DNA of 64,000 nucleotides from Eledone cirrhosa (GCA_964016885.1 OZ024748.1:34968001-35032000), one strand, 5' to 3'; numbered from the stretch's first letter, positions 16,761-30,650 are shown. The notes: generated by a model not told the origin, from the letters alone. A program made the numbers and translations.

Positions 16761-16851
16761 CATACATATACACACACATACACACACACTAACCCATGCT
16801 ACCACGGAAGATTGTTAAATGATCATCATCATGATGATGTGTGTGTGTGTG

Positions 16852-16886
<35 letters not shown>

Positions 16887-16984
16887 CTTCTATGAATGCT
16901 ATATTTTGGGGCCAAAAATATAAATCTATCAGTATTATTAATCAAATATCGCCATAGATCTACTAAAACTGACCATATGTCAAC

Positions 16985-17290
16985 ACTACACTACACCCCA
17001 CCCCACCATACTATGCTACACTACACCATACCACACCCCACCATACTATGCTTCATCACATTACACCACTATACCACACCCTACCATATTACACTACATC
17101 ACACGATATTCCACCCCACCACATCCCATCACACCACCACACCACACTACGCCACACACCATCCCACTATACTACACCATATACTACATCTCACTACACT
17201 ACACCACCACACTGCACCCCATCACACCACCACACTGCACCCCATCACACCACCACACCACACTACACTACACCCACCCCACCACACCTG
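16985..17290. repeat. Degenerate (CACTA/CACCA)n simple repeat
   Basis: Direct reading of the sequence. Confidence 0.85.
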
Positions 17291-17423
17291 TCCTTGCCAA
17301 GACATCTTCATTAAGATTTTGGATTGATGTATCAATAAAACTATAGATATATATTATATGAATATGTTAATAAGTTCTACCTGTAATTCCAATGGCCAGC
17401 CTTGTCACACTGAATCTCCCTGA

Positions 17424-17461
<38 letters not shown>

Positions 17462-17545
17462 GTAGGTCCCGGGTTGAGTCGGGGATAACCACAGTAAGTA
17501 GGTACTCAATACATGGCAGAGTAAACATTTTTTATTTATAGAAGG

Positions 17546-17596
17546 AGCTTCTACAGGACTAGTACTGTTTCATTCAGATGAAATCTTCAGGAAGCT
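17546..17596 (-). ncRNA. Type I hammerhead ribozyme motif in the PLE 3' pseudo-LTR
   Basis: agcttc-CTGAAGA-tttcatctgaat-GAAACAG-tactagtc-CTGTA-gaagct (GUA site). Confidence 0.8.
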
Positions 17597-18157
17597 GGGT
17601 GTCATATTAAGTTCTGGTATTTATACCTTTAGGTAGTGGTAAGGGAGGGGTGGTGGAAGGGGGGGGGTAGTTAGGTACACAGGACCACTTCATGGCACAG
17701 GCCGTTTTTTTTCTTTGGGGAGTGGTCAATTAGCCAGAGTGCTTTTTTGAAATAAATAAATAAGTAAGTAAATAAATAAATAAATAGATAAAATAAATAA
17801 ATAAATAAAATAAATAAAAAAATAAATGAAAAAAATAAATAAATAAAAACCCCAAGAATAGTAATTCAACAGATATATAGTAGGGAAATTTAGGTGGGTT
17901 GGTAATAGAAATTAAACATTTAACAAGACCGAATCATGGCACAGACTGGGGTGAGTGGTCAAGTTAACATACAAGCCACAGGTGGCCAGAGTGTTTTTGT
18001 AGGATGGAAAGAATAAAATATATTTACACACACATATTTAAACACTTACACACACATATATACCTATATATATATATATAAAATATATTTACATACTCAC
18101 AACCACATTCAAAAACACTTACACACACATATTTAAACACTTACACACACATATATA

Positions 18158-18207
<50 letters not shown>

Positions 18208-18429
18208 CACACCTACACATTCACACACATATACATACATATATATATATATACACACACACATACATATGTGTGCGTATACACATACACACACATACAT
18301 ATACACACACATACATACACACACACATACATACACATATATACACAAGGAAAACCCAAACACACAAATATACACACACACACGCATACACATACACACA
18401 CATATATCTACACATACACACGTGCGCAT

Positions 18430-18471
<42 letters not shown>

Positions 18472-18674
18472 ACATATATATATACACACACCTACATGTA
18501 TGTCTCTCTCATGTAAACTATACTATACATACACATACATACATATGCACACACATACATACACATACATACAAACACACACACAAACACATACATTCAC
18601 ACATATATATACATATATACACATACACACACACATACATATAAAATCTCATATATATATATATATATACCCAT

Positions 18675-18735
<61 letters not shown>

Positions 18736-19459
18736 CATACATATATATACATATATACATACACGTTTACAAGCAAACATGCATACATACATACATACAA
18801 ATAAGTACACATAAACGCATATGCACAAACATGCACTCGTTCGCACTCATACATGTGTCTATAGTATAAAGGTAGTGGGACAAATTTTAAATTTTAAACT
18901 GGGCCTGATAGAGGATAAAATAATTAATGTCACTATTAAGTTATTAATATTATCATCAAGTAATTAATTACTATTTATTATTCATTACTTACTATTTACC
19001 AATCACTATTCGTTACCTATCTTTTATCCCTTATCTATTCATTACCTAATCATTCACTCATAAATTAATAAATAAATGAATGAGTTAACTAACAAACAAA
19101 CAAACAAACAGATAAACAAATAAACCAGCAAATAAGCAAATAAATAAACAAATAAATAAATAAATAAATGGATAAATAAATAAATAAGTAAATAAAGTAA
19201 CTAAATAAATAAATAAATAAATATACAGTTAAATAGATAAATAAATCATGAACGTGTGCGTGCAGCAGTTCATAACTGCGCGTATGCAAACATGAGCAGG
19301 TATATACGTCAATTTGTGTGTGCGGCCACAGAACTTTACTCAGAGGCATACAACACAATATATAAGACCTGGAGGGGAGGAAAGAGGGTAATAATGAGAG
19401 ATAGAGGGGAGGAAAGAGGGTAATAATGAGAGATGGAGGGACGGAAATGGGATGGGGGG

Positions 19460-21290
19460 GGGGTCTGTAGTTTTTGTAATTTGCATAGTTCTTGTGCATG
19501 CAATTAGGGGAGTGTTCCGAGATCTTGTTGAGGAGAGGGCCTTTGGCGAATAGAATCTCATAGCTCTCGGAGATACAGAGGTCACAGCAATTATGGCCTC
19601 CCGTGGGTCTTGAAGGGGATGGAGTTCCTTTTTAGGTGCCAGATGTGGGCGGCGAGTGTAGTTTGGTTAGATTTGTCTGGGCGCCGGAACGAATGTGTGT
19701 GGGCGTACCAGCGAGTCTTAAAACTATTAGAAGTCATCCCGATGTACGAGTTTCTTTTTTCATCGGGGCCTGAGAGTACATCGCATATATACACGAGATC
19801 TTTTTTTAGACAGTTGTTGTTGAGAGGGCAGGTCGTCTTAGGGCAATTGCAGTTGCTATCGGTTGCTGGATGGGCTTCGGAAAAAGTAGACTTATTTAGC
19901 TTCTTGATGTTGTTGTTGGCTAAGTTTCTAGCTAGATTAGGTGTGGTAGAGTAAGAGAGTCTAATGGTATTCTTATTAAGGATAGTATAGTACCTATGTT
20001 GGGTGGGGAAGTGTTTTTGTAAGAGAGTGAAGAAAATTTTAGCTACAGATGTTGAAACTTCAGCTAATGTGCCTTCGCCTATTCTTCCTGGGTGGGCGTG
20101 GGGCTATAGTAAGGTAGGTGATCTTATCTCTAAAGCCGCTGTGGGCCAGGGCCTCGTTGTAATAGGGGGCTGCTGCTCTAAAGATATCTTCATTGGCGGC
20201 GAGGCTAGATATCCTAATGGAGACACTTTTTACTAGGTTGTCTAATATATTTTTGGGGTGGTTAGAATTAACGTCTATATATCTAAGGGATTCATTAGGT
20301 TTGTGGTACGGGTAGTAAAGGGAAGTTTCTAAGTCGAGGGTAACGTCTAGGAAGTTAGCTTTAGTTAAGTTCGAATCTAAGGTAATCCTAAGGCCTAAGT
20401 TTTTAAAGAAGGTGTAAAGGTTTTTCCTGAACCCATCCGTGGTCCTGGGGTTGATTTTGTGGAGGGCAAAGAGGCCGTCATCTCGGTAGAGACCGCCGGA
20501 GAGGCCTGTGAAGAGGGTCTTCAACCTGTGGAGGATGAACAGACCCACAAGGTCACTAATTTCAGCTGAGTCGCTAGCACCCATGCTAACGTCGAAGGGG
20601 GTCTCAGATTTTTTGTTGATCCAGTGGGATCTGTCATGGTAAAGAAAAGTTTTACGTGCATGGAGGATCACTTCCTGCTCGGCTTCGGTAATAGTGGTTA
20701 AGTTCCTGGCGAAGTTAATCGCGTCAATCAGCAGGCTCTCTGATATGGAGGCGTAGTAATCCTCGATGTCTAGCTGCAGGAAGCGGGTGTTGCTTTTGTC
20801 GGGCAAGTCCTTGAACCATGTGATTGCCTCTGATGTCCTATTCCAGAGTGGGAGGGGTGAGGCAGCACGTAGTCTAGGTAGAATCCTGTCCAAGATCTTC
20901 TTACTGACGGATCCTATGTCAGACTTGGTCGGGTTAATCAGCCGGACCGACGCTTTATTGTCGAAGTTGTTCTTGTGGTCTTTCAGGGTGAAGTGTGGGG
21001 ACTTTACCCTCAGAGGTTCTGTCCGGTCTTCCAGTTTAAGGGAAGTGGCGATCTTCTTTCCGGCTATGTTTGTATCGGTCAAAGTAGCGTCATCAACTTT
21101 TTTGTACTTTGCTGTGATGGCATTATCCGCAAGCTTGTTGTAGGTGTCGGGAATAACCGCATAAGTGTTTTTAGTTTTGTCTGAAGGGACGTGGAGGTAC
21201 GGGGAACTTTTCATTTTCAGAAGTTTCTCCTTTAAGTCCGTTTGGAAAGGTATGTTGACTTTCCTGAATTTAATATTTTTGATCATTTGA
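19460..21290 (-). pseudogene. PLE polyprotein relic: RT, CxC-x4-CP-x4-C linker, GIY-YIG endonuclease; two frameshifting deletions (~20065, ~19605)
   Basis: RT: SDKTKN, RLINPTKSDIG, LDIEDYY, SMGASDSAEISDLVG, GLYRDDGL, NFLDVTLDL. Linker: CNCPKTTCPLNNNC. Endonuclease: LVYICD...YIGMTSNSFKTRW and CDLCISE...LLNK. Confidence 0.9.
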
Positions 21291-21528
21291 AAGAGGTCTT
21301 CAAATGGTTCATTTATTTTTTTATTTATTTTATTTATTTATTCTTTTATCTATTTATTTATTTATTTATTTACTTATTTATTTATTTCAAAAAAAGCACT
21401 CTGGCTAATTGACCACTCCCCCCAAAAAACGGCCTGTGCCATGAAGTGGTCCTGTGTACCTAAATACCCCACCACCCCTCCCGTACCACTACCTAAAGGT
21501 ATAAATACCAGAACTTAATATGACACCC

Positions 21529-21579
21529 AGCTTCCTGAAGATTTTATCTGAATGAAACAGTACTAGTCCTGTAGAAGCT
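21529..21579 (+). ncRNA. Type I hammerhead ribozyme motif in the inverted pseudo-LTR
   Basis: Same motif as 17546-17596 on the opposite strand. Confidence 0.78.
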
Positions 21580-21845
21580 CCTTCTATAAAATAAAAATAT
21601 ATATATATATATATGTGTGTGTGTGAGTAATTATAGTGGAATAGTCCACTATTAATATTTGGTAAGGTGAGAAAAGCTCAATGTGGACTTGAGGTCAGCC
21701 GTCAGTAGGGACTGAAAGTGAGTTTCCGGAAGGTTAAAGTTGTTGTTAAAGACAGGGTGACAGAGTATAAACCCCATGTATCTGTGGTTTTAGTTTCCAT
21801 ATTTCTCTATATATCATTTCTTCAGCCTTTCATTATGTACATGTA

Positions 21846-22030
21846 TGGTGGATTGGCAGTATCGATGGAGGGTCGGACGCCATGCTTTCCAGCATAGTTA
21901 TGTCCCTTTACGATCTGTGTTCAAATCCCGCCGAGGTTGACTTTGCCTTTCATCCTTACGGGATCGATAAAATAAAGTACCAGTAATGCACTGGGTAATT
22001 GCTGGCCTTGTGCCTAAAGTAGAAACAATT
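21846..22030 (+). mobile_element. tRNA-derived SINE with Deu/Nin-like domain and ~18-bp target-site duplication (TSD)
   Basis: A/B-box-like head and gcctttcatcc..gatcgataaaataaagtaccag. Flanking direct repeat attatgtacatgtatggt at 21832 and 22028. Confidence 0.82.
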
Positions 22031-22071
22031 ATGTACATGTATGGTTCTATCTCTCTTTCTATATATATATA

Positions 22072-22174
22072 CAGGGTGTCCCCCCAAAAAAATGTATACA
22101 TACTTTGATTACCTGTACATGCAATATTTATTAGAATGCTGTTGAAGTGTGTATATATTTTTGGGGACATCCTG
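22072..22174. mobile_element. Tc1/mariner-type MITE
   Basis: TA|CAGGGTGTCCCC...GGGGACATCCTG|TA with imperfect ~30-bp TIRs. Confidence 0.8.
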
Positions 22175-23124
22175 TATATATATATCTATATATATATATA
22201 TATCAACTCCTTATATTTACAGTATATATATATATATATATATATATACTTCAAGGAAAATATAAGAAGGCCAGATTCCAATATCTTCCTTTAATGTTGC
22301 ACAATGTTATAATTCATATTTCCGTGGCTGACTTACAGCATCAGACCATGATGCAAGACAATTGGCAACATCATCAGGTGTGATGAACATAAGATTTAGT
22401 CTAGTAATCCCTACTAGGTAACAGCAAAATATAAAGAATTGATATGGAGGGGCCCGGCTAGCGATGTCATCTCTACCGCTGATAGACTTGCATCATGGTC
22501 TGATGCTATAAGCCGACCACAGAAATATGTATTATGTAATTGTGTAACATTAAAGGAAGATATGCCTTATGTTGAGTGCTTTTGCTTACTGCAATTAGTC
22601 TGCTAATCAGAATGACTGGATCACAAACCCCATTACCTATTAGTTTAAACAATCTAACATAAGCAGTATATATATAATCACTTCTGTTTTTCCCTGCATA
22701 GATTAGATGACTCTGTACCGAATGTGTTGCCACCTGTCGATATATACTATATAGTAACTTATTCAAATAGAACAAGCTTCACACCCACATATATATATAT
22801 CATGGTGATGATGATGTATATGTATGTATCGTTGAATGGGAAGCTTATTTTGTATCTGAATAAGCTATTACCAATTAAATTATAGTAAATATTAGGCTCT
22901 ATATATGTATTGAGTCCTTTAATTATTCAGTGTCTGTTGTTATAATGCTTATAAAATTCCTTATTTTTAACTCGAGAGAGATGTTAGTGGGGCTTCTGTT
23001 ATAATGTTGACATGTAGGATGATTTCTAGGAATATTCTAGACTGTACACCTGTCACCTCTCTGGAGTAGAGTACAGTTGATCTCAAAAGGAATTAGAATA
23101 TCTCATCCAATTCACTGGGTTTAT

Positions 23125-23545
23125 TTCACATGTGCTGGTACCCACACACACTCACACTCGTGCTGGTACACATACACTCACACATGTGCTGGTACACACA
23201 CACACACACACACACTCACACATGTGCTGGTACACACTCACACATGTGCTGGTACACACTCACACTCGTGCTGGTACACACACACACACTCACACTCACA
23301 CATGTGCTGATACACACACACATTCACATTCACACATGTGCTGGTACACACACACATTCACACGTACTGGTACACACATATGCTGGTACAGACACACATA
23401 TGCTGGTACACACACACACACATTCACACACACATGCTGGTATACACATTCACACTCACACATGTGCCGACACACACACACATACAAACACATGTGCCAG
23501 TACACACACATTCACACTCACACATGTGCCGGTACACACACATAT
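23125..23545. repeat. CA-rich minisatellite (catgtgctggtacacaca)n
   Basis: Direct reading of the sequence. Confidence 0.9.
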
Positions 23546-23629
23546 AAATATAACATATTGTGTGTGTGCTTATCAATATCATAGAGGCTTACTAATGTTA
23601 TTAATTAGTACAATAACTCTGAATTAATT

Positions 23630-23797
23630 ATTGCACTACTATTGCTGCTACTACTACTGCTACTACTACTACTATTGCTACTAATGCTACTACTACTGCT
23701 GCTACTACTACTACTGCTGCTGCTGCTACTACTACTATTACTACTACTGCTACTGCTGCTACTGCTACTACTACTGCTATTACTACTACTACTACTA
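23630..23797. repeat. (CTA/CTG)n trinucleotide repeat
   Basis: Direct reading of the sequence. Confidence 0.92.
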
Positions 23798-23837
23798 TAT
23801 AGATCCCTTTGTAAGTTACATTCTCAAGATTTATGGG

Positions 23838-25895
23838 TAATATGTATGTGGTGGTGTAGATATGTGTATAGTGTGTAATGTATGTGGTGGTGTAGATATA
23901 TAGAGTGTAATGTATGTGGTGGTGTAGATATATGTATAGTGTGTAATGTATGTGGTGGTGTAGATATGTGTATAGTGTGTAATGTATGTGGTGGTGTAGA
24001 TATATATATAGTGTGTAATGTATGTGGTGGTGTAGATATATGTATAGTGTGTAATGTATGTGGTGGTGTAGATATGTGTATAGTGTGTAATGTATGTGGT
24101 GGTGTAGATATATATATAGTGTGTAATGTATGTGGTGGTGTAGATATATGTATAGTGTGTAATGTATGTGGTGGTGTAGATATATGTATAGTGTGTAATG
24201 TATGTGGTGGTGTAGATATGTGTATAGTGTGTAATGTATGAGGTGGTGTAGATATATATATAGTGTGTAATGTATGTGGTGGTGTAGATATGTGCATAGT
24301 GTGTAATGTATGTGGTGGTGTAGATATATATAGTGTGTAATGTATGTGGTGGTGTAGATATGTATAGTGTGTAATGTATGTGGTGGTGTAGATACATATA
24401 TAGTGTGTAATGTATGTGGTGGTGTAGATATATATATAGTGTGTAATGTATGTGGTGGTGTAGATATATGTATAGTGTGTAATGTATGTGGTGGTGTAGA
24501 TATGTGTATAGTGTGTAATGTATGTGGTGGTGTAGATATATATAGTGTGTAATGTATGTGGTGGTGTAGATATGTATAGTGTGTAATGTATGTGGTGGTG
24601 TAGATATATATATAGTGTGTAATGTATGTGGTGGTGTAATGTATGTGGTGGTGTAGATATATGTATAATGTGTAATGTATGTGGTGGTGTAGATATGTAT
24701 AGTGTGTAATGTATGTGGTGGTGTAGATATGTGTATAGTGTGTAATGTATGTGGTGGTGTAGATATGTGTAGTGTGTAATGTATGTGGTGGTGTAGATAT
24801 GTGTAGTGTGTAATGTATGTGGTGATGTAGATATGTGTAGTGTGTAATGTATGTGGTGGTGTATATATGTATAGTGTGTAATGTATGTGGTGTAGATATG
24901 TGTATAGTGTGTAATGTATGTGGTGGTGTAGATATGTGTATAGTGTGTAATGTATGTGGTGGTGTAGATATGTGTATAGTGTGTAATGTATGTGGTGGTG
25001 TAGATATATATAGTGTGTAATGTATGTGGTGGTGTAGATATATGTACAGTGTGTAATGTATGTGGTGGTGGTGTAGATATATATATATTGTGTAATGTAT
25101 GTGGTGGTGTAGATATATATATATAGTGTGTAATGTATGTGGTGGTGTAGATATATGTATAGTGTGTAATGTATGTGGTGGTGTAGATATATGTATGTGG
25201 TGGTGTAGATATGTATAGTGTGTAATGTATGTGGTGGTGTAGACATATGTATAGTGTGTAATGTATGTGGTGGTGTAGATACATATATAGTGTGTAATGT
25301 ATGTGGTGGTGTATAGATATATATATAGTGTGTAATGTATGTGGTGGTGTAGATATATGTATAGTGTGTAATGTATGTGGTGGTGTAGATATATATAGTG
25401 TGTAATGTATGTGGTGGTGTAGATATATGTACAGTGTGTAATGTATGTGGTGGTGGTGTAGATATATATATATTGTGTAATGTATGTGGTGGTGTAGATA
25501 TATATAGTGTGTAATGTATGTGGTGGTGTAGATATATGTACAGTGTGTAATGTATGTGGTGGTGTAGATATATGTATAGTGTGTAATGTATGTGGTGGTG
25601 TAGATATATGTATAGTGTGTAATGTATGTGGTGGTGTAGATATGTATAGTGTGTAATGTATGTGGTGGTGTAGATATGTATAGTGTGTAATGTATGTGGT
25701 GGTGTAGACATATGTATAGTGTGTAATGTATGTGGTGGTGTAGACATACGTATAGTGTGTAATGTATGTGGTGGTGTAGATATGTGTATAGTGTGTAATG
25801 TATGTGGTGGTGTAGACATATGTATAGTGTGTAATGTATGTGGTGGTGTAGATATGTATAGTGTGTAATGTATGTGGTGGTGTAGACATATGTAT
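23838..25895. repeat. ~34-36-bp minisatellite (taatgtatgtggtggtgtagatatatgtatagtgtg)n, ~2 kb
   Basis: Direct reading of the sequence. Confidence 0.97.
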
Positions 25896-26624
25896 AATCT
25901 AGTATACTTGTTTATTGGTAAACAGGTTTATATCTTTATCATCATCGTGTTTCTGACACCCACCTTTCCGTACTTGTATGGGTTAGATGAGTCTGTCTCC
26001 ACTTATTTCCTCCTTCCTTCATCACCCTAAGATCAGCTCTCATCACCTCTGCGTTAATCTTCCTCTTGGAACTCTTGCCATTTCTTCCCCCAACAGTCAT
26101 CAGCCATACACATCACATGTCTGTACCAGTTCTATCTTCTCTTTTGCCTGGTATATCTGATTTTCTTGACAAATGTGTGGAAAGCTAACTGTAAACATTT
26201 ATGATGATGATATCAAAATACAAATATATTGTAAAACATATTTGAGATATTATTATCATCAGTGGCTTGGCAGAGCTGTTAGTGTTGAACAAATATTTAA
26301 CAGTATTTGTTCTGGGTCTTTACATTCTGAGTTCAAATCCCACTGAAATCAACTTTACCTTTCATCCTTCTGAGGTCAATAAAATAAAGTACCAGTCAAC
26401 ATTTGTTTCCCCACAAATTGTTGGCTTTGTGTCTAAAATAGAAATCATTATTATTAATGTACTTCTGGCTAATAAAGTTTTGTTACCACCACCACCAGTT
26501 TTCAGTAACTTTGTGGCTTGTCCAATGTAAGAAGCATTTCTCACAGCTCACCTTCAATATTTTCTATGCCAGGTGTTTTTTAGGGGTGGCTGTCTATGAT
26601 TTTGCTTTCTAGGTGGTGTCTATT

Positions 26625-27031
26625 TTAACCCTTTTCATACCAAACCACCTGAATCTGCCCCAGCTTCTACAATACAAAGTATTTATATTTATCTAAAACC
26701 ATCCATCATAATTTTATTTAAGTTTTGCATGAAACACCAGCTTAACCCTTTAGCATTTAAACTGACCATATCCAGCCAGAATTCTCTCACCTCTTTCAAA
26801 CTGGTTGTAACCAGCTGCTCATACTTATAGTAAGGTATGGTTCTCGAAATAAATATCAAAATCTCATAGAATTGATATTTTATGAGATAATTATGTGATA
26901 TAAAGTATTTACCATGAAAATACGATAGTAAATATAGAGTAATGTAAATGATAAAGGGTTAATAATGAAAAAGTTATATTACTAAATCTCCCCATTGTCC
27001 TTCATTAGAGCTATAGTCCTGAAAGGGTTAA
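26625..27031. mobile_element. piggyBac-type MITE containing a second piggyBac-type MITE (26742-26962)
   Basis: Outer element TTAA|CCCTTTTCA...TGAAAGGG|TTAA. Inner element TTAA|CCCTTTAGCATTTA...TAAATGATAAAGGG|TTAA. Confidence 0.75.
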
Positions 27032-27850
27032 TGGTACCTTTGTTAACCTGGTTTATTTCAGATGTAGTTTTGTTTCAAAGTAACTTCAGCTCACTTGAAC
27101 TTTGCTCTACTTAACTGTTAATACTTTGCTATTGTTTATTGTTTTTAAACGTTTATTTACATAACACCATTTCTTCAGTGAATTGACAGTCATTAGAATG
27201 TCAGATACATTGATTCATGGTTCATTCCAGCCTCCACCTCAACTCTCTCAGTTCAAATCCAGCTACTAATTCAATTTCATTTTCAAATTCAATTGTCATC
27301 TTCTAAACACGTTTACTTATCATCATCATTTAATGTCCATTTTCCAACATATACTCAATATATATAGTATTAGCAATTGGAAAGACCAATGGAAACATTG
27401 TTTCCTCAGTCCGATTTGACGAATGTCGATCGTTCCTTTAAAGTAACCGTCTCAGTGGCCTATTGGTAGATATTAGAGACAGTGGTGATCTGTTTAGGAG
27501 TTCAATCTCTGGTGTTAGGAAGGGCATCCAGCCGTAGAAAACCTGCCAGATAGTCCTATATGAGCGAGACACGGTCACCCGACCAACCTTGCCTCAAGTG
27601 GGACAACTCCCGTCTAACCCATGCTAGCGTGGAAAATGGACGTTAAACGAAGATGATGATATGATATATAGTTACAATTTGTTTAAAAACCAAAATTAAA
27701 AGTTCAAGGCATTCAATCACTGAACTTTTCATTTTGGTTTATAAGCACATTGTAACTATATACCGGCTCTGCATGATCCTATCATTGCATTGAGCTAAAT
27801 TACACCTAGTAAATGAGTAGAACTTACTCTCATTAATATTACTATTATAG

Positions 27851-28036
27851 GGCGGTGGATTGGCAGTATCGGTAGAGAGTCGGATGCCATGCTTTCCAGT
27901 ATAGTTACGTCCCTTTACGGTCTGAGTTCAAGTCCCGCCGAGGTTAACTTTGCTTTTCATCCGTACGGGGTCGATAAAATAAAGTACCAGTAATGTACTG
28001 GGTAATTGCTGGCCTTGTGCCAAAAGTAGAAACAAT
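27851..28036 (+). mobile_element. tRNA-derived SINE with Deu/Nin-like domain and 18-bp TSD
   Basis: Same family as 21846; TSD attaatattactattata at 27832 and 28036. More diverged copies at ~26262-26455, 32257-32480 and 55250-55400. Confidence 0.85.
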
Positions 28037-29574
28037 TAATATTACTATTATATATATATATACACACACATATATCTACACCTCCATTTTAAATCTACTT
28101 TTCCATGCTTGCTTGGTGTGGCAGAATAGATTTAGATCTTTTTTAATTTCTGAAATATTTGATATTATTAGTGATTTTCACTGTAACTGACTGTAAAAGG
28201 TTTGTTGTCTATTGGTTTCTGTTTTTGGTGTAAACTCCAGACATGTCTACTCACTGACACTGAAATACACTTCACAACACATACGTTCACTCATTTTTAC
28301 TACTACTGCTACTATAGCTACTACTATTGCTGCTGCTACTATTACTATTACCTTAGTAGTAGCAGTAGCTGTTGTAGTAATAGTAGCACCTATCCTCTCC
28401 TGATGGATTAGCAGGGTATGATGGACTGTATGACTATGTGCGTGTGTGTGTCTAAGGGTACATTGGGATCTATGTGTAAGAGTATAATAGACTGTGTAAG
28501 GATATGATAGCATGTGTGTCTATGTGTAGGTGTGTATGACTGTAAGGGTGTGGTGGTAGTATGTGTAAAGGTATGATGGCCTGTCTGTGTGTATGTTAAG
28601 GTGGCAACTCCTACTATTTGTCCTTTCTGCTGTTCTTCCTCTCTCTCTCTCTCTCTCTCGTATTCTTGTATCTTGGCTAAATCATGCTAGTGTGTGAATG
28701 TTGCTATGGATGCTGGCATGTGTGTGTGTATATGTGTGTGTGTGTGTATATGTGTTTGTGTGTGTGTGTGATTGTGTGTTGCTGTACTTGGGTCAGTTCG
28801 GTCAATCAATTATTTATTGGCTTGCTTCATCTTCATCATTATCAGCTTTTTCGTCATCTTCACCTTTATTATCTCATCATCATCATCATCTTCTTTATTA
28901 GCATCTTCATCATGGCTGTAGTCATTTTCACCTTTATCATCTCAGCTTTAGCATCATCACCACCATCATCACCACCATCACCATCACCATCACCATCATC
29001 ATCATCATCATCATCACCACCACCATCACCATCATCACCATAACCACCACCACCATCACCACCATCATCATTACCTTGGCTGTAGTTCTCCCCTTCTGCC
29101 TCCTCTTCCTGGCAGACTGATTGATTCATCTCCTGATTGATTAGTAAAAATTACACATTTACTACACAGACACACACACACATATATAGACACACATATA
29201 TGTATACACACACACACATATATATACATGCATACACACATATATGTATACACACACACATATATATATATACACACACATATATACACACACACATATA
29301 TATACACATATATATATGTATACACACACATATATACACACACACACATATATATACACACACACACACATATATACACACACACATATATACACACACA
29401 CATATATATGCACACACACATATATATACACACACATATATATATATACACACATATATATACACTGACACACCCATCCTCCACAAGCCTCACACACTGA
29501 CACACCCATCCTCCACAGGCCACACACTTCTCCCCATTTTTCTGTATCTTTATTTTCCTCACATACTACACAGT

Positions 29575-30650
29575 AGTAGTGGTAGTAGTATTAATAGCTA
29601 TAGTAGTGGTAGTAGTAGCTATAGTAGTGGTGTTGGTAGCTATAGTAGTGGTGTTGGAAGCTATAGTAGTGGTGTTGGTAGCTATAGTAGTGGTGTTGGT
29701 AGCTATAGTAGTGGTGTTTGTAGCTATAGTAGTGGTGTTTGTAGCTATAGTAGTGGTGTTGGTAGCTATAGTAGTGGTGTTGGTAGCTATAGTAGTGGTG
29801 TTGGTAGCTATAGTAGTGGTGTTGGTAGCTATGGTAGTGGTGTTGGTAGCTATTGTAGTGGTGTTGGTAGCTATAGTAGTGGTGTTTGTAGCTATAGTAG
29901 TGGAGTAGCTATAGTAGTGGTGTTGGTAGCTATAGTAGTGGTGTTGGTAGCTATAGTAGTGGTGTTGGTAGCTATAGTAGTGGTGTTGGTAGCTATAGTA
30001 GTGGTGTTGGTAGCTATAGTAGTGGTGTTGGTAGCTATAGTAGTGGTGTTGGTAGCTATAGTAGTGGTGTTGGTAGCTATAGTAGTGGTGTTGGTAGCTA
30101 TAGTAGTGGTGTTGGTAGCTATAGTAGTGGTGTTGGTAGCTATAGTAGTGGTGTTGGTAGCTATAGTAGTGGTGTTGGTAGCTATAGTAGTGGTGTTGGT
30201 AGCTATAGTAGTGGTGTTGGTAGCTATAGTAGTGGTGTTGGTAGCTATAATAGTGGTGTTCGTAGCTATAGTAGTGGTGTTCGTAGCTATAGTAGTGGTG
30301 TTGGTAGCTATAGTAGTGGTGTTCGTAGCTATAGTAGTGGTGTTAGTAGCTATAGTAGTGGTGTTCGTAGCTATAGTAGTGGTGTTCGTAGCTATAGTAG
30401 TGGTGTTAGTAGCTATAGTAGTGGTGTTCGTAGCTATAGTAGTAGTGTTGGTAGCTGTAGTGGTGGTAGTAGTAGTAGAGGTTGGTAGCTGTAGTGGTGG
30501 TAGCTATAGTAGTGGTGTTCGTAGCTAGAGTAGTGGTGTTAGTAGCAGTAGTAATAGTAGTAGTGTTGGTAGCTATAGTGGTGTTAGCTGTAGTGGTGGT
30601 GGTGGTAGTAGTAGTGTTGGTAGCTTTAGTGGTGTTAGCTGTAGTAGTAG
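29575..30650. repeat. 21-bp minisatellite (agctatagtagtggtgttggt)n
   Basis: Direct reading of the sequence. Confidence 0.97.

Larger units (their letters stand above)
17461..21597 (-). mobile_element. Penelope-like element (Hydra-clade-like), 5'-truncated, with inverted pseudo-LTR
   Basis: RT + GIY-YIG relic. 17530-17830 is inverted at 21310-21597, with a tail at 17461-17530. Flanked by (TA)n. Confidence 0.88.

Noticed and set aside
19460-21290. Naiad-type or selenocysteine-recoding PLE
   Set aside because: The endonuclease is C-terminal, and the TGA at 20060 results from a frameshifting deletion rather than an in-frame Sec codon.
23838-25895. 36-bp repeats and 480-750-aa His/Thr-rich ORFs
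   Set aside because: Simple minisatellite that is open in several frames; no spacers or splice evidence.
29137-30528. 463-aa Ser/Gly- then Val-rich ORF resembling a structural protein
   Set aside because: It is a 21-bp tandem repeat whose reading frame changes mid-array, and it begins in a CA microsatellite.
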